DNA from: Macrostomum lignano | Lineage: Eukaryota | Reading direction: 5' to 3' | DNA: 64,000 nucleotides | NCBI GenBank assembly: GCA_002269645.1 | Contig: NIVC01000501.1 | Coordinates: 1-64,000, forward strand | Part shown: one piece after another, positions 58,250 to 64,000 of the stretch | Numbering within the stretch: position 1 is the first letter of the stretch | Layout of the letters: the number at the start of each line of letters is the position of its first letter | The notes under the pieces: model-generated | What the model was told of the DNA's origin: nothing | The model's input: the letters and a program-made list of their open reading frames with translations, nothing else | Databases searched by the model: none | Translations under genes and position numbers: made by a program

Positions 58250-59062
58250 GGTGATGGAAATTATCAGGTTATGGATTATCACGTGAGAGTGATGAATTAT
58301 CGGATGACGGTGATGGATTATCAGTTAAGAGTGATGGATTATCAGGTGATGGTGATGGATTATCAGGTGATGTTGACGGATTATCAGGTGAGGATGATGG
58401 ATTATCAGGTGATGGTGATGGATTATCAGGTGAGTGTTGCTAGATTATCAGGTGAGTGTTGCTAGATTATCAGGTGATGTTGACGGATTATCAGTTGAGG
58501 GTGATGGATTATCAGATGATGGTGATGGATTATCAGGTGAGGGTTGCTAGATTATCAGGTGATGGTGATGGATTATCAGGTGATGTTGACGGATTATCAG
58601 GTGAGGGTGATCGATTATCAGGTGAGGGTGATGGATTATCAGGTGAGGGATGATGGATTATCAGGTGAGGGTGATGGATTATCAGATGATGATGATGGAT
58701 TATCAGATGAGGGTGATGGATTATCAGTTGAGAGTGATGTATTATCAGGTGATGGTGATGTATTATCAGGTGAGGGTTGCTAGATTATCAGGTGAGGGTG
58801 ATGGATTATCAGGTGAGGGTTGCTAGATTATCAGGTGAGGGTGATGGATTATCAGGTGATGGGGATGGATTATCAGGTTATGGTGATGGATTACCAGGTG
58901 AGATGGTGATGAATTATCAGGTGAGGATGATGGATTATCAGGTGAGGGTGATGGATTATCAGGTGATGATGATTGAATTTCAGATGAGGGTGATGGATTA
59001 TCAGTTGAGGGTGATGGATTATCAGGTGAGGGTGATGGATTATCAGGTAAGGGTTGATAGAT
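58250..59062. repeat. 21-bp minisatellite
   Basis: GATGGATTATCAGGTGAGGGT units. Confidence 0.92.
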
Positions 59063-59486
59063 TATTCGTCAAATACGCTCGTAGTGTCGATTTCACTTAA
59101 CATTAACTACAAGTACATGATCAAGCATTTTTGCATTTTTTGCATACGGCACTTTTGAAAGCTGTTGAATTAAAAGTACACCAGTGTACTGTAGGTGATA
59201 AGGTTTAACGAGTCTTGCTCAAATTTAACAAAGATCAATTAAGAATTATTACATGGAAAGTGACAATATTTTTACATTCAAAAGTCACATTTTGAGCTGT
59301 GAACGCGAACAACTATATTTTGTGAATTTTTATACGACTGATATTAGGTTTAAATTAACAGCATTATTTAAAATGAGTAAAGTTAGTATTTAAGTTGATT
59401 TGCACTGTACGTTTTGTGCATTACACATATATGTATTACTTAAAAGTAGTTACAAGCGTTTTCATCATGTGTCAGGTGGAATTACC

Positions 59487-59872
59487 ACCACGGGACCACT
59501 CAAGCACTCGTCGAAGGACGGGAAACCTCGTTTCTTGGAAAAAGTTAGAAGGCTGGTTTTTTCGATCAAAAAATACACTACGGAGATAGGAAGTTTTCAT
59601 TTTTTCAGCGCAAAAAATGTCATTGCTTTCGATAGGAGGCAGAGCGAATGTTTATCTTTTATGTGTCTTTTTATAGCTCTATTGATATTCGTGATTTTAT
59701 AATAGATAAATACTAATAGAGCAATAAAAAAGTCACAAAATATCAAAAGATTAACATTGGGTCTGCCTCCTATCGAAAGAAATAACATGCAGTTTTTGTG
59801 TTGATAAAAATGAAAACTTCCAATATCTCAAGAAACCAGGTTTCACGTCCTTCTAGTTGAGTAGTCCATGGA
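59487..59872. mobile_element. Foldback (near-palindromic) MITE-like element
   Basis: Perfect inverted blocks 59627-59643/59762-59778 (17 bp) and 59589-59603/59807-59821 (15 bp), plus matching outer arms. Confidence 0.7.
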
Positions 59873-60044
59873 TGGAAAACAAAGGCCATGAACAAACGGA
59901 AGGTATTATATATATATATATATCGTTAAAGTCAAACAGGAGTGAAAATTTAAGCTAGATTCAGGCTCGCATTCCACCTTATGTAAACTTTCTATATTAT
60001 ATTAGGTTTTATCCTCCGTCCTAAATAATTGTCAGTCAAACTCC

Positions 60045-63483
<3,439 letters not shown>

Positions 63484-64000
63484 GCGGTGTTGCTGAAAAT
63501 AGTTAGAGTATAGAAGCTTTAATTTAATGCTGTAATTAAAATTTAACGCTATCAAAGAACACAGTGAAATTGATTGGCTGATCGAAATAAGAAAAACTTT
63601 TATAGGATTATTTCAGCTTTATGTCAGAGATTTCAATCTGCAATCAAGAAACTGATTTAAAATTTATTAAACAATTATGTGATATTTTCTTATGCTTTTC
63701 TTAAATCTATGTATAAGTGCATAAGTATTTTAGCTCAAAGTTCAAAGTATCAGAAATGCATATTTAGTACTTAGTAATATAGTTTTGAAAGGTTTCTTTT
63801 CAGAAAAAAAAATATCACAATATAGCCATGTTTTCAGTAACAATACAAACGGATTAGGAATTCCCAACGATTCTAATCACGAAGTCTGCATTTTGAAACA
63901 GCTTTAAATATATTTCTAAAAAGTTAAATTTCTAAAGTATTTCGAGTTGTAATATAAAAGTAAATAATTTAACCTTTAACCAGGCTTTTAACACATTCAC

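Overview
Eukaryotic (metazoan) genomic DNA with GC-rich exons and introns largely filled by unrelated mini/microsatellites. The style resembles the flatworm Macrostomum, but that is inference only. Six spliced protein-coding genes were reconstructed by hand from splice sites and phase: mut-7/Nibbler-like EXD3 (+, 5' end outside the window), an RTP/ZAR1-type 3CxxC zinc-domain gene (+), a small PKI-like gene (-), RCC2 (-), an unnamed gene with AKAP-like RII-binding helices (+) and EFCAB7 (-, with a GC-AG intron). A possible seventh gene, a small Cys-rich membrane protein, lies antisense inside an EXD3 intron. A full-length Ty3/Gypsy LTR element (TG...CA LTRs, CCATC TSD) sits antisense in the first visible EXD3 intron. 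The region 46-53 kb is a transposon graveyard. It holds nested hAT-type elements carrying a captured 28S rDNA fragment that spans the R2/I-PpoI target, a mariner and a LINE remnant, strong CpG decay and a cluster of TAGGCCTA motifs. Most long ORFs in the supplied track are tandem-repeat artefacts. I noticed no tRNA, true rRNA gene or CRISPR array. All homology calls come from motif recognition, not database searches.
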